Below, in pieces: positions 55,274 through 64,000 of a stretch of 64,000 nucleotides of DNA. Both the position numbers and the translations under genes were made by a program. Location: contig JBKOZJ010000062.1 in assembly GCA_046725875.1 (NCBI GenBank), positions 6,937-70,936 of the forward strand. The letters run 5' to 3'. Every line of letters begins with the position of its first letter. Positions within the stretch are counted from its first letter, which is position 1. The DNA is from Actinomycetota bacterium. Lineage in GTDB: Bacteria; Actinomycetota; Actinomycetes; JAKEEW01. A model generated the notes under the pieces. The model saw nothing but the letters and a program-made list of their open reading frames with translations. It was not told where the DNA came from and ran no database searches.

Positions 55274-55888
55274 ATGACAGCAGATGATGCAGGGATAGGT
55301 CGGCCGTTCGCCCGGCTGATCGAGCGGGGCACAAGCCGATGGTGGATTCCGTTAATCATCGGGATCCTATGGTTGATCTACGCGTTCATCGTCCTGTCGT
55401 TCACCTTCAGGACGATCTGGGCGATCGTGATCTTCGCCGGGCTTGCCTTCATCGCTACCGGGATCGTCGAGTTCGTCCTCGCCGCGGTTCTGGACAGCTG
55501 GCAGTGGCTGCACGCCCTCGCCGGGATCGTGTGCATCGTTGCCGGCATCGTCGCGTTCGTCTGGCCCGACCAGACGTTCCTGGTCCTGGCCGCGTTCATC
55601 GGATGGTTCCTGCTGTTCCGCGGAGTGTTCAACATCGTCGAGTCGCTGCTGGTCAGGGAATACATCGACCAGTGGTGGCTAATGCTGATCACCGGCATCC
55701 TGCAGCTGGCCATCGGATTCTGGGCGGTTGGTTACGCCGGCCGGTCCATCGCGGTGCTGGTCGCATGGGTCGGCGCGTGGGCGCTGACCGAGGGAATCAT
55801 GAACATCTGGGCGGCCTTCCGGCTCAAGCGCGTACACGGGCAGGCCCGGGCGTTCACGCAGCCAACGGCACCCGCCGCGCCCGCGTAG
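55274..55888 (+). CDS. HdeD/DUF308-family membrane protein
   Basis: ATG 55274 follows GGAGGA. Repeated hydrophobic hairpins (WWIPLIIGILWLIYAFIVL ... GILQLAIGFWAV) are typical of the family. Confidence 0.78.
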   Translation: MTADDAGIGRPFARLIERGTSRWWIPLIIGILWLIYAFIVLSFTFRTIWAIVIFAGLAFIATGIVEFVLAAVLDSWQWLHALAGIVCIVAGIVAFVWPDQTFLVLAAFIGWFLLFRGVFNIVESLLVREYIDQWWLMLITGILQLAIGFWAVGYAGRSIAVLVAWVGAWALTEGIMNIWAAFRLKRVHGQARAFTQPTAPAAPA

Positions 55889-55985
55889 GCGTACGCTCTC
55901 GGATCGGCTGCCATCCCTCGGCCGACTCCGCTCGCCACACCTTTCTGGGCACGTGAGGGGGACCTCACTCCAGCTGCCAACAATT

Positions 55986-56028
55986 GAGGGGCACTTGCAC
56001 TCCGACCAATCGAGTGAGAGTGCCCCTC
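55986..56028 (+). terminator. strong 17-bp stem hairpin between the HdeD-like gene and the thioredoxin gene (possible factor-independent terminator without a U-tract)
   Basis: The 5' arm GAGGGGCACTTGCACTC and the 3' arm GAGTGAGAGTGCCCCTC flank the loop CGACCAATC. There is one G.A mismatch, and the hairpin is followed only by TT. Confidence 0.35.
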
Positions 56029-56051
56029 TTGCGGAATGGTCTGGCATCCCA

Positions 56052-56078
56052 GGAATAGCTCCCACCGGACCTGCGTTG
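56052..56078 (+). promoter_or_regulatory. SigR/SigH-type (thiol-stress ECF) promoter, GGAAT-N18-GTTG
   Basis: GGAAT is at 56052-56056, the spacer is exactly 18 nt, and GTTG is at 56075-56078. The site lies 36 nt upstream of the thioredoxin ATG. Thioredoxin genes are classic SigR/SigH targets. Confidence 0.5.
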
Positions 56079-56113
56079 ATACCCCCTAGGGTTTCGAACG
56101 AGTGGAGGTAATA

Positions 56114-56825
<712 letters not shown>

Positions 56826-57120
56826 GCACTTCTTCGACCCTAGCGGCCTGGGACTAGTCAAGCTGGATTCCGACCGGGCGCGGTAGTAGATCCCAGGGTC
56901 GTAGTCAGGGCACGCGTGGGGCGCTCCCGGATGCCATACCGGAGGACCGCCCGGCAGCGTTGAGTACGCGCCGATGAAGGCGCGACCAATGCAGGCCACG
57001 GCCCCACGGCCGTCGAGAAGAGACGGCGGCAGCGATGCTGACGATCCGGATGCTGGCACGGCCAGGTGAGCTGGCCGTGAGCGGCATACGCGGGGTCGTA
57101 GCGCTGCCTGGTCTGGATCG

Positions 57121-58062
57121 ATGAACGGCTTCATCAACAACCTATTGTCCGCGGTCGCCGGTCTGGACCCGGCCGCTGTCTACGTGCTCACCGCACTCTT
57201 CATGGTCATCGAGACTTCGGTGTTCGTCGCTCTGGTGATACCGGGCGATCTGGCCGTTCTGGCCGCCGGTACCACCGCGACCGATCCTGCCCGCTTCGTC
57301 TGCCTGGTCGCCGCGGCGACCGGTGGTTCCCTTGCCGGCGAGTCGCTGGGCTACCTGATCGGCCGTCGGTTCGGTGCCCGGATACGCGACAGCCGTCTCG
57401 GTCGACGGCTCGGTCAGGATCGGTGGCACAAAGCCGAGAGCTACCTGAACCGCCGCGGCGGGCTCCCCGTGGCAGCGTCTCGGTTCGTCGGTGTCGCCCA
57501 CGCCCTTGTCCCAGTGCTCGCCGGGACCGTTCGGATGCCCTACCGCCGGTACATCGCCTGGACGTCCGCCGGCTCCCTTACCTGGTCGCTGGCCTATGTG
57601 GGTGTCGGGGCCGCCGCCGGCGCCTCATATCGGGAACACGGCCACCGGCTCAGCCTCGCGGTTTACGCTGCCGTCGCGGTGGTCCTGGTCGGCGCGCTCA
57701 TCGTGCTGATCATCCGCAAACGCCGTCGCCGCCCGACGACGTTGGCGCCGAACTCCAACCGACCCCCTGCCGGGGTCCCACCGATGGGGGCATGGAACGT
57801 CCCCGCGCTGCTTCTCCTGCAGGCCGGGTGGACCGGTTCGACCCTCTGGCGCCCAGAGCTCTTCATGCCAAGTAGGAGCCGCTTTATGCCCGGTAGCGGG
57901 GTTTCCGCGTCCGAATTGTCGGATTCCGAGCCCCGTGCTCGGAGTAAAGAAGGGCCACCAGGCGTAAAGCATCGTCGTGGACGCGCCGCATTGGCTGGTC
58001 GAGAATCGCACCATGAATACAAAGCCGGTCAACCTGGCCCAAGCGCTGGCGTCGTTCGATGA
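57121..58062 (+). CDS. DedA-family membrane protein with a long low-complexity C-terminal tail
   Basis: The first ~200 aa match DedA/SNARE-associated proteins (FMVIETSVFVALVIPGD...GYLIGRRFG...ASRFVGVAHALVPVLAG). The last ~110 aa are Pro/Arg/Ser-rich and overlap the next gene by 50 nt. Confidence 0.72.
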   Translation: MNGFINNLLSAVAGLDPAAVYVLTALFMVIETSVFVALVIPGDLAVLAAGTTATDPARFVCLVAAATGGSLAGESLGYLIGRRFGARIRDSRLGRRLGQDRWHKAESYLNRRGGLPVAASRFVGVAHALVPVLAGTVRMPYRRYIAWTSAGSLTWSLAYVGVGAAAGASYREHGHRLSLAVYAAVAVVLVGALIVLIIRKRRRRPTTLAPNSNRPPAGVPPMGAWNVPALLLLQAGWTGSTLWRPELFMPSRSRFMPGSGVSASELSDSEPRARSKEGPPGVKHRRGRAALAGRESHHEYKAGQPGPSAGVVR

Positions 58063-58408
58063 TGCGTACAGCCCGCGGATCGTGGCCCACATGAACGACT
58101 ACGACGTCAGGATTGCCCATGCCAGAGGCGAGCACGTCTGGCATGTTCACGACACCACGGACGAGTTCTTCCTGGTCCTCGACGGCGAGTTCCACATCGC
58201 CCTGCGGGAGGCCGACGGCAACGAGACCACGGTCGTGCTTCGCAAGGACGACATGTTCGTCGTGCCAAAGGGCACCGAGCACAAGCCGTCGTCGCCATGG
58301 GGATCGGTCCTCATGTTCGAGCCAACGGGGACGTCCTCGACCGGCGACCGCCATGAGGGTGAGATCCCCGACCACGTGGACAGCACCACGGGCCACGAGC
58401 TGACCTGA
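58013..58408 (+). CDS. cupin-domain protein
   Basis: GEHVWHVHDTTDEFFLVLDGEF...VVPKGTEHKP is a two-motif cupin signature. ATG is at 58013. Confidence 0.8.
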   Translation: MNTKPVNLAQALASFDDAYSPRIVAHMNDYDVRIAHARGEHVWHVHDTTDEFFLVLDGEFHIALREADGNETTVVLRKDDMFVVPKGTEHKPSSPWGSVLMFEPTGTSSTGDRHEGEIPDHVDSTTGHELT

Positions 58409-58489
58409 GGGCGGCCCGGCCGGCACCTCCGGCGGGACATCGGCCGCGATTCAGCGTGCTTACATCAGTTCCCCGTCGAGGAGGGATTC

Positions 58490-59365
58490 ATGGCGCCGTT
58501 GCGCCGACGGTTGCTCTTCAACTTCATTACCAGCGAGCGCCTTGAGCGACAGGTGCTTCGATCCCCAACGCTTCGGCGACATGCCTACCGAGCGGCGCTC
58601 CGCTACTTCGCCGGCGAGACCATCCAAGACATGCTCCGGGTCGTTGCCGGCCTCCGCACGGGTGGTATCGCCGCCAGCGTCGACTTCTTCGGCGAGCTTG
58701 TCGCCGACCCCGCCGCCGCCGAGCGGGCGACCGCCGACTATGTAGAGCTGGCCACGACCCTGGCGCAGGCGCAGGATGCGTGGTTGGCAATCGACCTATC
58801 CCACATCGGCCTCGACGTTTCGGCAGCCGCCTGTCGGCGGCATCTGGCCACGATCGTGGAGGCACTCCCGTTCGGACGGCGCATCCAGGTGGGCGCCGAG
58901 GACACCAGCCGGACAGACCACATCCTGGACGTCGTGACCACCTTGGCGGCCGAGGGGGCGCCGCTGACGGCGACGGTGCAGGCTAACCTGCGCCGCAGCC
59001 CGCAGGACGTAACCAGGCTGGCCGCGGCCGGCGTGCCGGTTCGCATCGTCAAGGGCGCCTACGTGGAACCTCCGGCGCTCGCCTATCCGTGGGGCGAGGC
59101 GACCGACGTCGCCTTCCTGCGCCTCGCTCATCAGCTACGGGATGCCGGCGCGGCGTTCTCGGTGGCCACGCATGACCCAGTCCTTCGGGAGGCGCTGCTG
59201 TTGGCGTTCGGTCCATCGCCGGTCGAGGTGCTCATGGGCGTCCACCAGCAGGACGCCGCTGACCTCGTCCGCCGCGGCGTGGAGGTGCGGTGCTACGTGC
59301 CCTATGGACCCGATTGGTTCAGGTACTGGCTGCGGCGGCTCGCGGAGTCACAAGGCACGCGGTAG
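58490..59365 (+). CDS. proline dehydrogenase family protein
   Basis: SVDFFGE..., RIVKGAY and VATHD...YVPYGPDWFRYWLRRLAE match the monofunctional ProDH pattern. Confidence 0.85.
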   Translation: MAPLRRRLLFNFITSERLERQVLRSPTLRRHAYRAALRYFAGETIQDMLRVVAGLRTGGIAASVDFFGELVADPAAAERATADYVELATTLAQAQDAWLAIDLSHIGLDVSAAACRRHLATIVEALPFGRRIQVGAEDTSRTDHILDVVTTLAAEGAPLTATVQANLRRSPQDVTRLAAAGVPVRIVKGAYVEPPALAYPWGEATDVAFLRLAHQLRDAGAAFSVATHDPVLREALLLAFGPSPVEVLMGVHQQDAADLVRRGVEVRCYVPYGPDWFRYWLRRLAESQGTR

Positions 59366-59432
59366 CGCCGAAAGTTTACAACAGCCGACCCAGGGCGTAG
59401 CAGTCGTCGCGGCCCGGAGCACGAAGGCCTAC

Positions 59433-59960
59433 CTACTCGATCTCCTCCGCTTCGCGCCTGGTGAAAAGAGGTTGAACGAACCAGCACCAGGCCCACAATG
59501 CAACGAGTCCAACGGCGGTCCAAACGGCTGCTGCCCGGGCATAGATCACGTCGACCACGAGAATGACCGCGCTCGCCATCGCGACGCCGAGACCGAGGGC
59601 GCCGGCGATCCCGTACCGGTTGGAGCGGCGCACGAGAATCTCCTTGGAGCCGGTCCGGAAGAGCACCCGGTGCTGCGCGGCCGGGGTGATGAAGCAGATG
59701 GATGCCACTGCGGCAGTGACCAGGGATAGGAAGAAGAGGTGTTGCTCGAACTCATCGACTTGTTTGAAGCCGGTCGCGAACGGGAGCGTTAGCAAGAAAG
59801 CGAACAGAACCTGGACCCCCGGGAGAGCAACCCGCAGCCCCTGAAGCAGCTCAATAAGCTCCCGGTCGACGCGCTCCTTTCCGCTCTCACTGGTCGCTGG
59901 GTCCTTGGGTGTCTCTCGATCATCCTGGTCGGACTCGGTGCGGTCTCTGGCCGTCGTCAT
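59433..59960 (-). CDS. DUF6328-like membrane protein
   Basis: ELLQGLRVALPGVQVLFAFLLTLPF...ITPAAQHRVLFR is as I recall for this family. This is a recollection only. Confidence 0.65.
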   Translation of the reverse strand: MTTARDRTESDQDDRETPKDPATSESGKERVDRELIELLQGLRVALPGVQVLFAFLLTLPFATGFKQVDEFEQHLFFLSLVTAAVASICFITPAAQHRVLFRTGSKEILVRRSNRYGIAGALGLGVAMASAVILVVDVIYARAAAVWTAVGLVALWAWCWFVQPLFTRREAEEIE

Positions 59961-60105
59961 GCCGCTGCACTACCCGCGGCGGCCGCCCGCATTCGGGCTT
60001 CCGCCTGTTGCGCGAGAGCCGCAAGCAACGCAGACCGCAGTCGACGGAGTTCGACCACGGGAAGCTTGATCGAACTCCACGTTCCATGGCAGCAGAATCT
60101 GCCGC

Positions 60106-61638
60106 TCAGGCACCAGTGGAGTGAGGGGCAGAGACGGACGTTGCCGGCCGGAGCGGTGGGGCATCGAGCCCGCAGTGCAGTCGGTGATGCGCGCGCACCG
60201 CCCGAGGTGGCCGGGCGGGAGGGGGATTACGGATCGTCGCGGCAGCGAGCGCACCGCCGAGGAGGCACAGGACGGCCGAGATAAGCGACGCATTGTGAAA
60301 TCCGGTGGAGAACTCGGCGGGATCGAGATAGGCGGTCCCAGTAAGGCCGGCGACGGCCGGCAGCACCGCCACGGCAATGAGCGAGGCGGCCCGGGCCACG
60401 TCGTTGTTGACGGCCGAGGCTACGCCCGCCTGCCGGGCGGGCGCCGCCGCCAAAGCGGTCGCCGTCAACGGAGCGACCGCCGTGGCTAGACCCAAGCCGA
60501 GGACCGTGACGGCCGGCAGCACCTGGGTCAAATAGTTACCGGCCGCGTCCACCCGGGTGAAGAGGGCGAGTCCGGCTCCAACCAGGACCGGTCCGACGCT
60601 CATCTGAACGCGCGGCCCGATCCGGGTCGCGAGCGCTCCGGAACGAGATGACAGCGTGAGCATGATGAGCGTGACCGGAAGTAGCGAGATGCCGGCTTGA
60701 ACCGGGGTGTACCCGGACACCTGCTGTAGCTGAATCGGGAGAAGGAACAGCGCACCGCCGAGCGCGCCGTACACGACGAAGGTCACCACGTTGGTGGAAG
60801 TGAATTGCGCCGAGGCGAACAGGCTCAACGGCAGAAGCGGGGATCGAGCACGGCGTTCCCAGCCAACGAACCCGGCGAGGAGGAGGGCTCCGCCGATGAG
60901 CGAGATTTCCACGACCAGATCGGTCCAACCACTCGTTGGACCTTCGATCAGCCCATAGGTGAGTCCGACAAGTCCGGTCGTGACCAGGACGGCTCCTGGC
61001 ACGTCCACCGGGCCCGTCGCATCCGGGTCTCGGGATTCGGGGACATGTCGCCAGGCCAGGGCGACGACGACGGCCACGATCGGCAGATTGATGGCGAAGA
61101 TGAGCCGCCAGGAGACCGCCTCGACCAGCCATCCGCCGAGGAACGGGCCGATGGCGGTGGCCACTCCGCTGAGCCCGGACCAGGCGCCGATCGCCTTGCC
61201 TCGATCGCGAGGAGCGAACGATGCCTCGAGGATGGCGAGGCTCCCCGGCGTCAGCAGGGCGGCCCCGACACCCTGGAGTGCTCTGGCCGCGATCAATGCG
61301 CCGCCGCTCGGGGAAATGCCGCAGAACCCCGATGCCACTGCGAACCAGATCACTCCTACCAGGAAGATCCGCCGCCGCCCGAACCGGTCGCCGAGGGCTC
61401 CACCGACGAGGAGGAGGCCGGCCAGCGTGAGTGTGTAGGCATTGACGACCCATTGCAGAGTCGCCAACCCGCTGTCGAAATCTCGCCCGATGGCGGGCAG
61501 TGCGATCCCGACCGCCGTGGCGTCTATGGAGACGATTGCGGATCCGAGGACGGTCGCGGCGACCACCCACCGCCCCTGGCCGCTGTCGTACGTTAGCCCG
61601 ACGTCCTCGCCCGACGCTGCCGCGGGAGTGGCCGTCAT
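60106..61638 (-). CDS. MFS transporter, DHA2 (EmrB/QacA) type
   Basis: The start is ATG 61638. It has SIDATAVGIALPAIGRDF, LGDRFGRRRIF and 14 hydrophobic segments. Confidence 0.9.
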   Translation of the reverse strand: MTATPAAASGEDVGLTYDSGQGRWVVAATVLGSAIVSIDATAVGIALPAIGRDFDSGLATLQWVVNAYTLTLAGLLLVGGALGDRFGRRRIFLVGVIWFAVASGFCGISPSGGALIAARALQGVGAALLTPGSLAILEASFAPRDRGKAIGAWSGLSGVATAIGPFLGGWLVEAVSWRLIFAINLPIVAVVVALAWRHVPESRDPDATGPVDVPGAVLVTTGLVGLTYGLIEGPTSGWTDLVVEISLIGGALLLAGFVGWERRARSPLLPLSLFASAQFTSTNVVTFVVYGALGGALFLLPIQLQQVSGYTPVQAGISLLPVTLIMLTLSSRSGALATRIGPRVQMSVGPVLVGAGLALFTRVDAAGNYLTQVLPAVTVLGLGLATAVAPLTATALAAAPARQAGVASAVNNDVARAASLIAVAVLPAVAGLTGTAYLDPAEFSTGFHNASLISAVLCLLGGALAAATIRNPPPARPPRAVRAHHRLHCGLDAPPLRPATSVSAPHSTGA

Positions 61639-61778
61639 GGTCGCCCTCGTTCCAGCCGTCGGGTCAGCCGCTACCGGCTCTGACGACACTCGTAGAAGAT
61701 CGGTCGATCCGTCAACTCTTGGCGATCTCGCGGCCGATGACTCGGTCAGAATGGCCACCGAACGTGAAGGAGGCGGCA

Positions 61779-62231
61779 GTGCCACTGGTGGACAGCGAGT
61801 TGGAGACATTTCTGAAGGAGCCGCGACTCGCACATTTCGCGACAACAGGCCCTGATGGAGCGCCGCGGGTCAGGCCGCTCTGGTTCTGCTACGCCGATCG
61901 GGCCTTCTGGTTCACTACGCGCCGCGAAGCTCGCCACACCGGAACTGACCTTGCCGCCGGGTCGCTGGCAGCGGTGTCGATCGCGAGCGACGACCGTCCG
62001 TATCGTGCGCTGATCGCGTACGGGAGGCCCGAGGTGTGGGAGCGGGACCGGCGAACATGGCTGGAGAGCATCGCCATCCGCTACGGCCAGGCCGAGGCGA
62101 GACGCTGGCTCCCCGGCGCATTAAAGGAGCCGGACCGGGTGGTGCTTCGTCTGTGCCCGACAAGGTCGTGGCGTGGCACTACGGGACTGGTGATTACAGA
62201 CGGTTGCAGAACAAGCAGTCCCTTCGAGTGA
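61779..62231 (+). CDS. pyridoxamine 5'-phosphate oxidase (PPOX-class, probably F420/FMN-dependent) family protein; possible 3' frameshift
   Basis: GTG 61779 follows GAAGGAGG. FLKEPRLAHFATTGPDGAPRVRPLWF is the typical N-terminus. The family-like tail PDKVVAWHYG appears in the +1 frame from about 62155. Confidence 0.72.
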   Translation: MPLVDSELETFLKEPRLAHFATTGPDGAPRVRPLWFCYADRAFWFTTRREARHTGTDLAAGSLAAVSIASDDRPYRALIAYGRPEVWERDRRTWLESIAIRYGQAEARRWLPGALKEPDRVVLRLCPTRSWRGTTGLVITDGCRTSSPFE

Positions 62232-62377
62232 CGCTGCCATAGCGGGTGATGACCGCTGTATTAGCTTCGCGGAAAGTAAGTTGAGCGAGGACGATAGACG
62301 GCGCCGCGCCGATGACCTGCTTCCTTGCAGGGGTCGGCGCGGCGCCGGAGGGTGAACGAGTCACCTGCTTGGCTTCC

Positions 62378-62554
62378 TCAGCGGTCGAAGGCGTCCTTTA
62401 CCTTCTCGCCCGCCTGCTTGAAATCCGCCTTGGCCTGGTCTGCCCTGCCCTCGGCTTCCTGCTGCTCGTTGTCTGTGACCTTCCCAGCCTGTTCCTTGGC
62501 CTTGCCGCGAGCTTCCTGAGCCTTGTTGCGCAGCTTGTCCTGCGCATCGTCCAT
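62378..62554 (-). CDS. CsbD-family small stress protein (58 aa; below the ORF-track cutoff)
   Basis: My hand translation gives MDDAQDKLRNKAQEARGKAKEQAGKVTDNEQQEAEGRADQAKADFKQAGEKVKDAFDR. The RBS GGGAGGTGA lies 6 nt upstream. Confidence 0.75.
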   Translation of the reverse strand: MDDAQDKLRNKAQEARGKAKEQAGKVTDNEQQEAEGRADQAKADFKQAGEKVKDAFDR

Positions 62555-62670
62555 ACCGGATCACCTCCCGTGACCCTGCCCGCATTCCCGGGTCGGCCAC
62601 ATCCAACCCTCGCCTGGTAGTAACGCGCATCACGGCAAGACAAAGCGTGGCTGTCCGCCACTCTGCGTGA

Positions 62671-62994
62671 TCAGGACATCGGGCGGGTCTTCACCGCAGT
62701 CCCGTAGGCACAGATCTCCTGCCAGCCGCCACCGATCTCCGTGGCATCGAAGCGCATGGCCAGGACTGCGTCGGCGCCGCGTTCGGTGGCCTCCTCAACC
62801 AGTCGTTGCTGAGCCTGCAGCCGGCTATCAATCAGCATCTTTGTTTGTCCGCGCAGTTCACCACCGACCAAGGACTTAAATCCGGCGCCGACTTGAGAAC
62901 CGATATTGCGGGAGCGCACGGTCAGCCCGAACACCTCACCGATCACTTCGGTGATCTGGAAGCCCGGCAGGTCGTTCATGGTCGAAACGATCAT
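62671..62994 (-). CDS. YbjQ/UPF0145-family protein
   Basis: The 107-aa sequence reads ...EVIGEVFGLTVRSRNIGSQVGAGFKSLVGGEL...RGADAVLAMRFD. Confidence 0.88.
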   Translation of the reverse strand: MIVSTMNDLPGFQITEVIGEVFGLTVRSRNIGSQVGAGFKSLVGGELRGQTKMLIDSRLQAQQRLVEEATERGADAVLAMRFDATEIGGGWQEICAYGTAVKTRPMS

Positions 62995-63143
62995 GTAGTT
63001 TCCTCCGTGTGAACTCGATGTCTCGCAGAGGAGCCGGCCATGTGTTCCGGATCAGCGACTCTGCTCCATAGATGTTCCATATCGCGAGGCATGAAGAGCC
63101 TGTAGGAGTGTGGGTCTGCGAGCAGGCTCATCGGGCGGTTCGG

Positions 63144-63629
63144 CTAGGCGGGCGTGACTGGCTCGCGCCGGTCGACCCCGGTGCCGAGCTCGGGGTCGCG
63201 GCCGGCGATCAGGACGTAGTGCTCCGAGACCGTGGCCCGGTAGAGGCGGAAGAGCGACGGCGGCTGCACGTCGTCCAGTCCCCACCTGCGGCCGACATCC
63301 GCCTCCGACAGCCGCCCGAAGACCTCGATGCCGCGCTCGAGCTCGGTGCCCGCGAGTTCTTCGGCCCAGCCCGACATGTATACAGCCTGGGCCCCGCCGA
63401 CGGGCACGGTCGAGTCGAAGATCGCGATCGCGACCGCCGGCCGAGCCGCAAGGTTCCGTGAGTGCCTGGCGTCGGGCGACGAGACCCAGTGGAAGTGCTT
63501 GTAGTCGTCCGAGGCGAACCAGACCGGCGAAACCCATGGGTGACCGTCCGGATCGGCGGTTCCGACGGCCATGTAGCGGTTCGAGTCGATGATCGTCCGG
63601 GCGAGGTTGTTTAACCGGTCGCGCGTCAT
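63144..63629 (-). CDS. pyridoxamine 5'-phosphate oxidase family protein
   Basis: ATG 63629 follows GAAGGAGGAGG. NRYMAVGTADPDGHPWVSPVWF...FHWVSSPDARHSRNL matches the family. Confidence 0.8.
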   Translation of the reverse strand: MTRDRLNNLARTIIDSNRYMAVGTADPDGHPWVSPVWFASDDYKHFHWVSSPDARHSRNLAARPAVAIAIFDSTVPVGGAQAVYMSGWAEELAGTELERGIEVFGRLSEADVGRRWGLDDVQPPSLFRLYRATVSEHYVLIAGRDPELGTGVDRREPVTPA

Positions 63630-63861
63630 CCTCCTCCTTCGCGGCTCGCAGTGCTGACACCGACCCAGCGCTGGACGCGGTAGTGCACGTGGGTGACACC
63701 AGACTCCCCCGGCCACTGGCCCATTTCGCTGTCCGGCTCCTCGCGGGTGCGGACGAAGATCGGCACGCCGTCGTGGTGGTCGCCGGCCCAGCCAGAGCGC
63801 TCGGACGGACTCGAACCGTCGGCCCCTCCTTACCATATTGGAGCTCTATGCGAGGAGGAGG

Positions 63862-64000
63862 ATGGTTGTGCCGCAGTTCGGATACACGCTGTTCAGCGAG
63901 ACCAATGGGCCGAAGGCGCTGGTGCGACAGGCGGTCGCCGCCGAGGCGGCCGGCTTTGACTTCGCCGTCATCTCCGATCATTTCCATCCCTGGCTCGCGA
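63862..64000 (+). CDS. LLM-class (luciferase-like) F420-dependent oxidoreductase, N-terminal part; continues beyond the window
   Basis: ATG 63862 follows GAGGAGGAGG. FGYTLFSETNGPKALVRQAVAAEAAGFDFAVISDHFHPW is the characteristic N-terminus of the G6PDH-family LLM group. Confidence 0.8.
   Translation, partial: MVVPQFGYTLFSETNGPKALVRQAVAAEAAGFDFAVISDHFHPWLA

Overview
High-GC (about 70% by eye) actinomycete-type chromosomal DNA, densely coding on both strands. I found no rRNA, tRNA, CRISPR array or transposase/integrase gene. All family calls come from reading the supplied translations and recalling motifs, not from database searches. The window holds about 65 CDS. These include a sugar ABC importer fragment plus an SDR, and a MerR/REC-KaiC operon divergent from a STAS gene. 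There is an archaeal-type ProRS, an ArsR-SRPBCC pair and a sulfotransferase islet. An ECF sigma with an NTF2-like tail heads a hydrolase operon. Two large STAND/AAA regulators are present (XRE-NB-ARC-TPR and AAA-LuxR). Transporters comprise one MMPL and three MFS. There are three RibD-C/DHFR-family paralogs, two NarL-type two-component systems with an ABC-2 exporter, a thioredoxin-CsoR-like pair, and many F420/flavin-type oxidoreductases. The main finding is a conserved 70-95 nt element with three CTGCC boxes spaced 11-12 nt apart, followed by a hairpin whose sequence differs between copies. It occurs five times, always in sense orientation 60-210 nt upstream of a start codon, in front of 2 DHFR-family genes, MMPL-CYTH, MFS-DHFR and a hypothetical-SDR pair. 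Two of the copies sit back-to-back in one divergent intergenic region. It does not behave like coding sequence and matches no riboswitch class I can recall, so I treat it as a candidate new cis-regulatory leader RNA or operator regulon. Other findings: a nested-palindrome ~150 bp repeat present twice; a ~0.9-1 kb tandem duplication of an HxlR-type regulator whose novel joint is patched with sequence copied from the 17.7-19.0 kb locus; several decayed gene fragments; a perfect 12+1+12 palindrome upstream of the NB-ARC regulator; and a GGAAT-N18-GTTG SigR/SigH-type promoter in front of thioredoxin.
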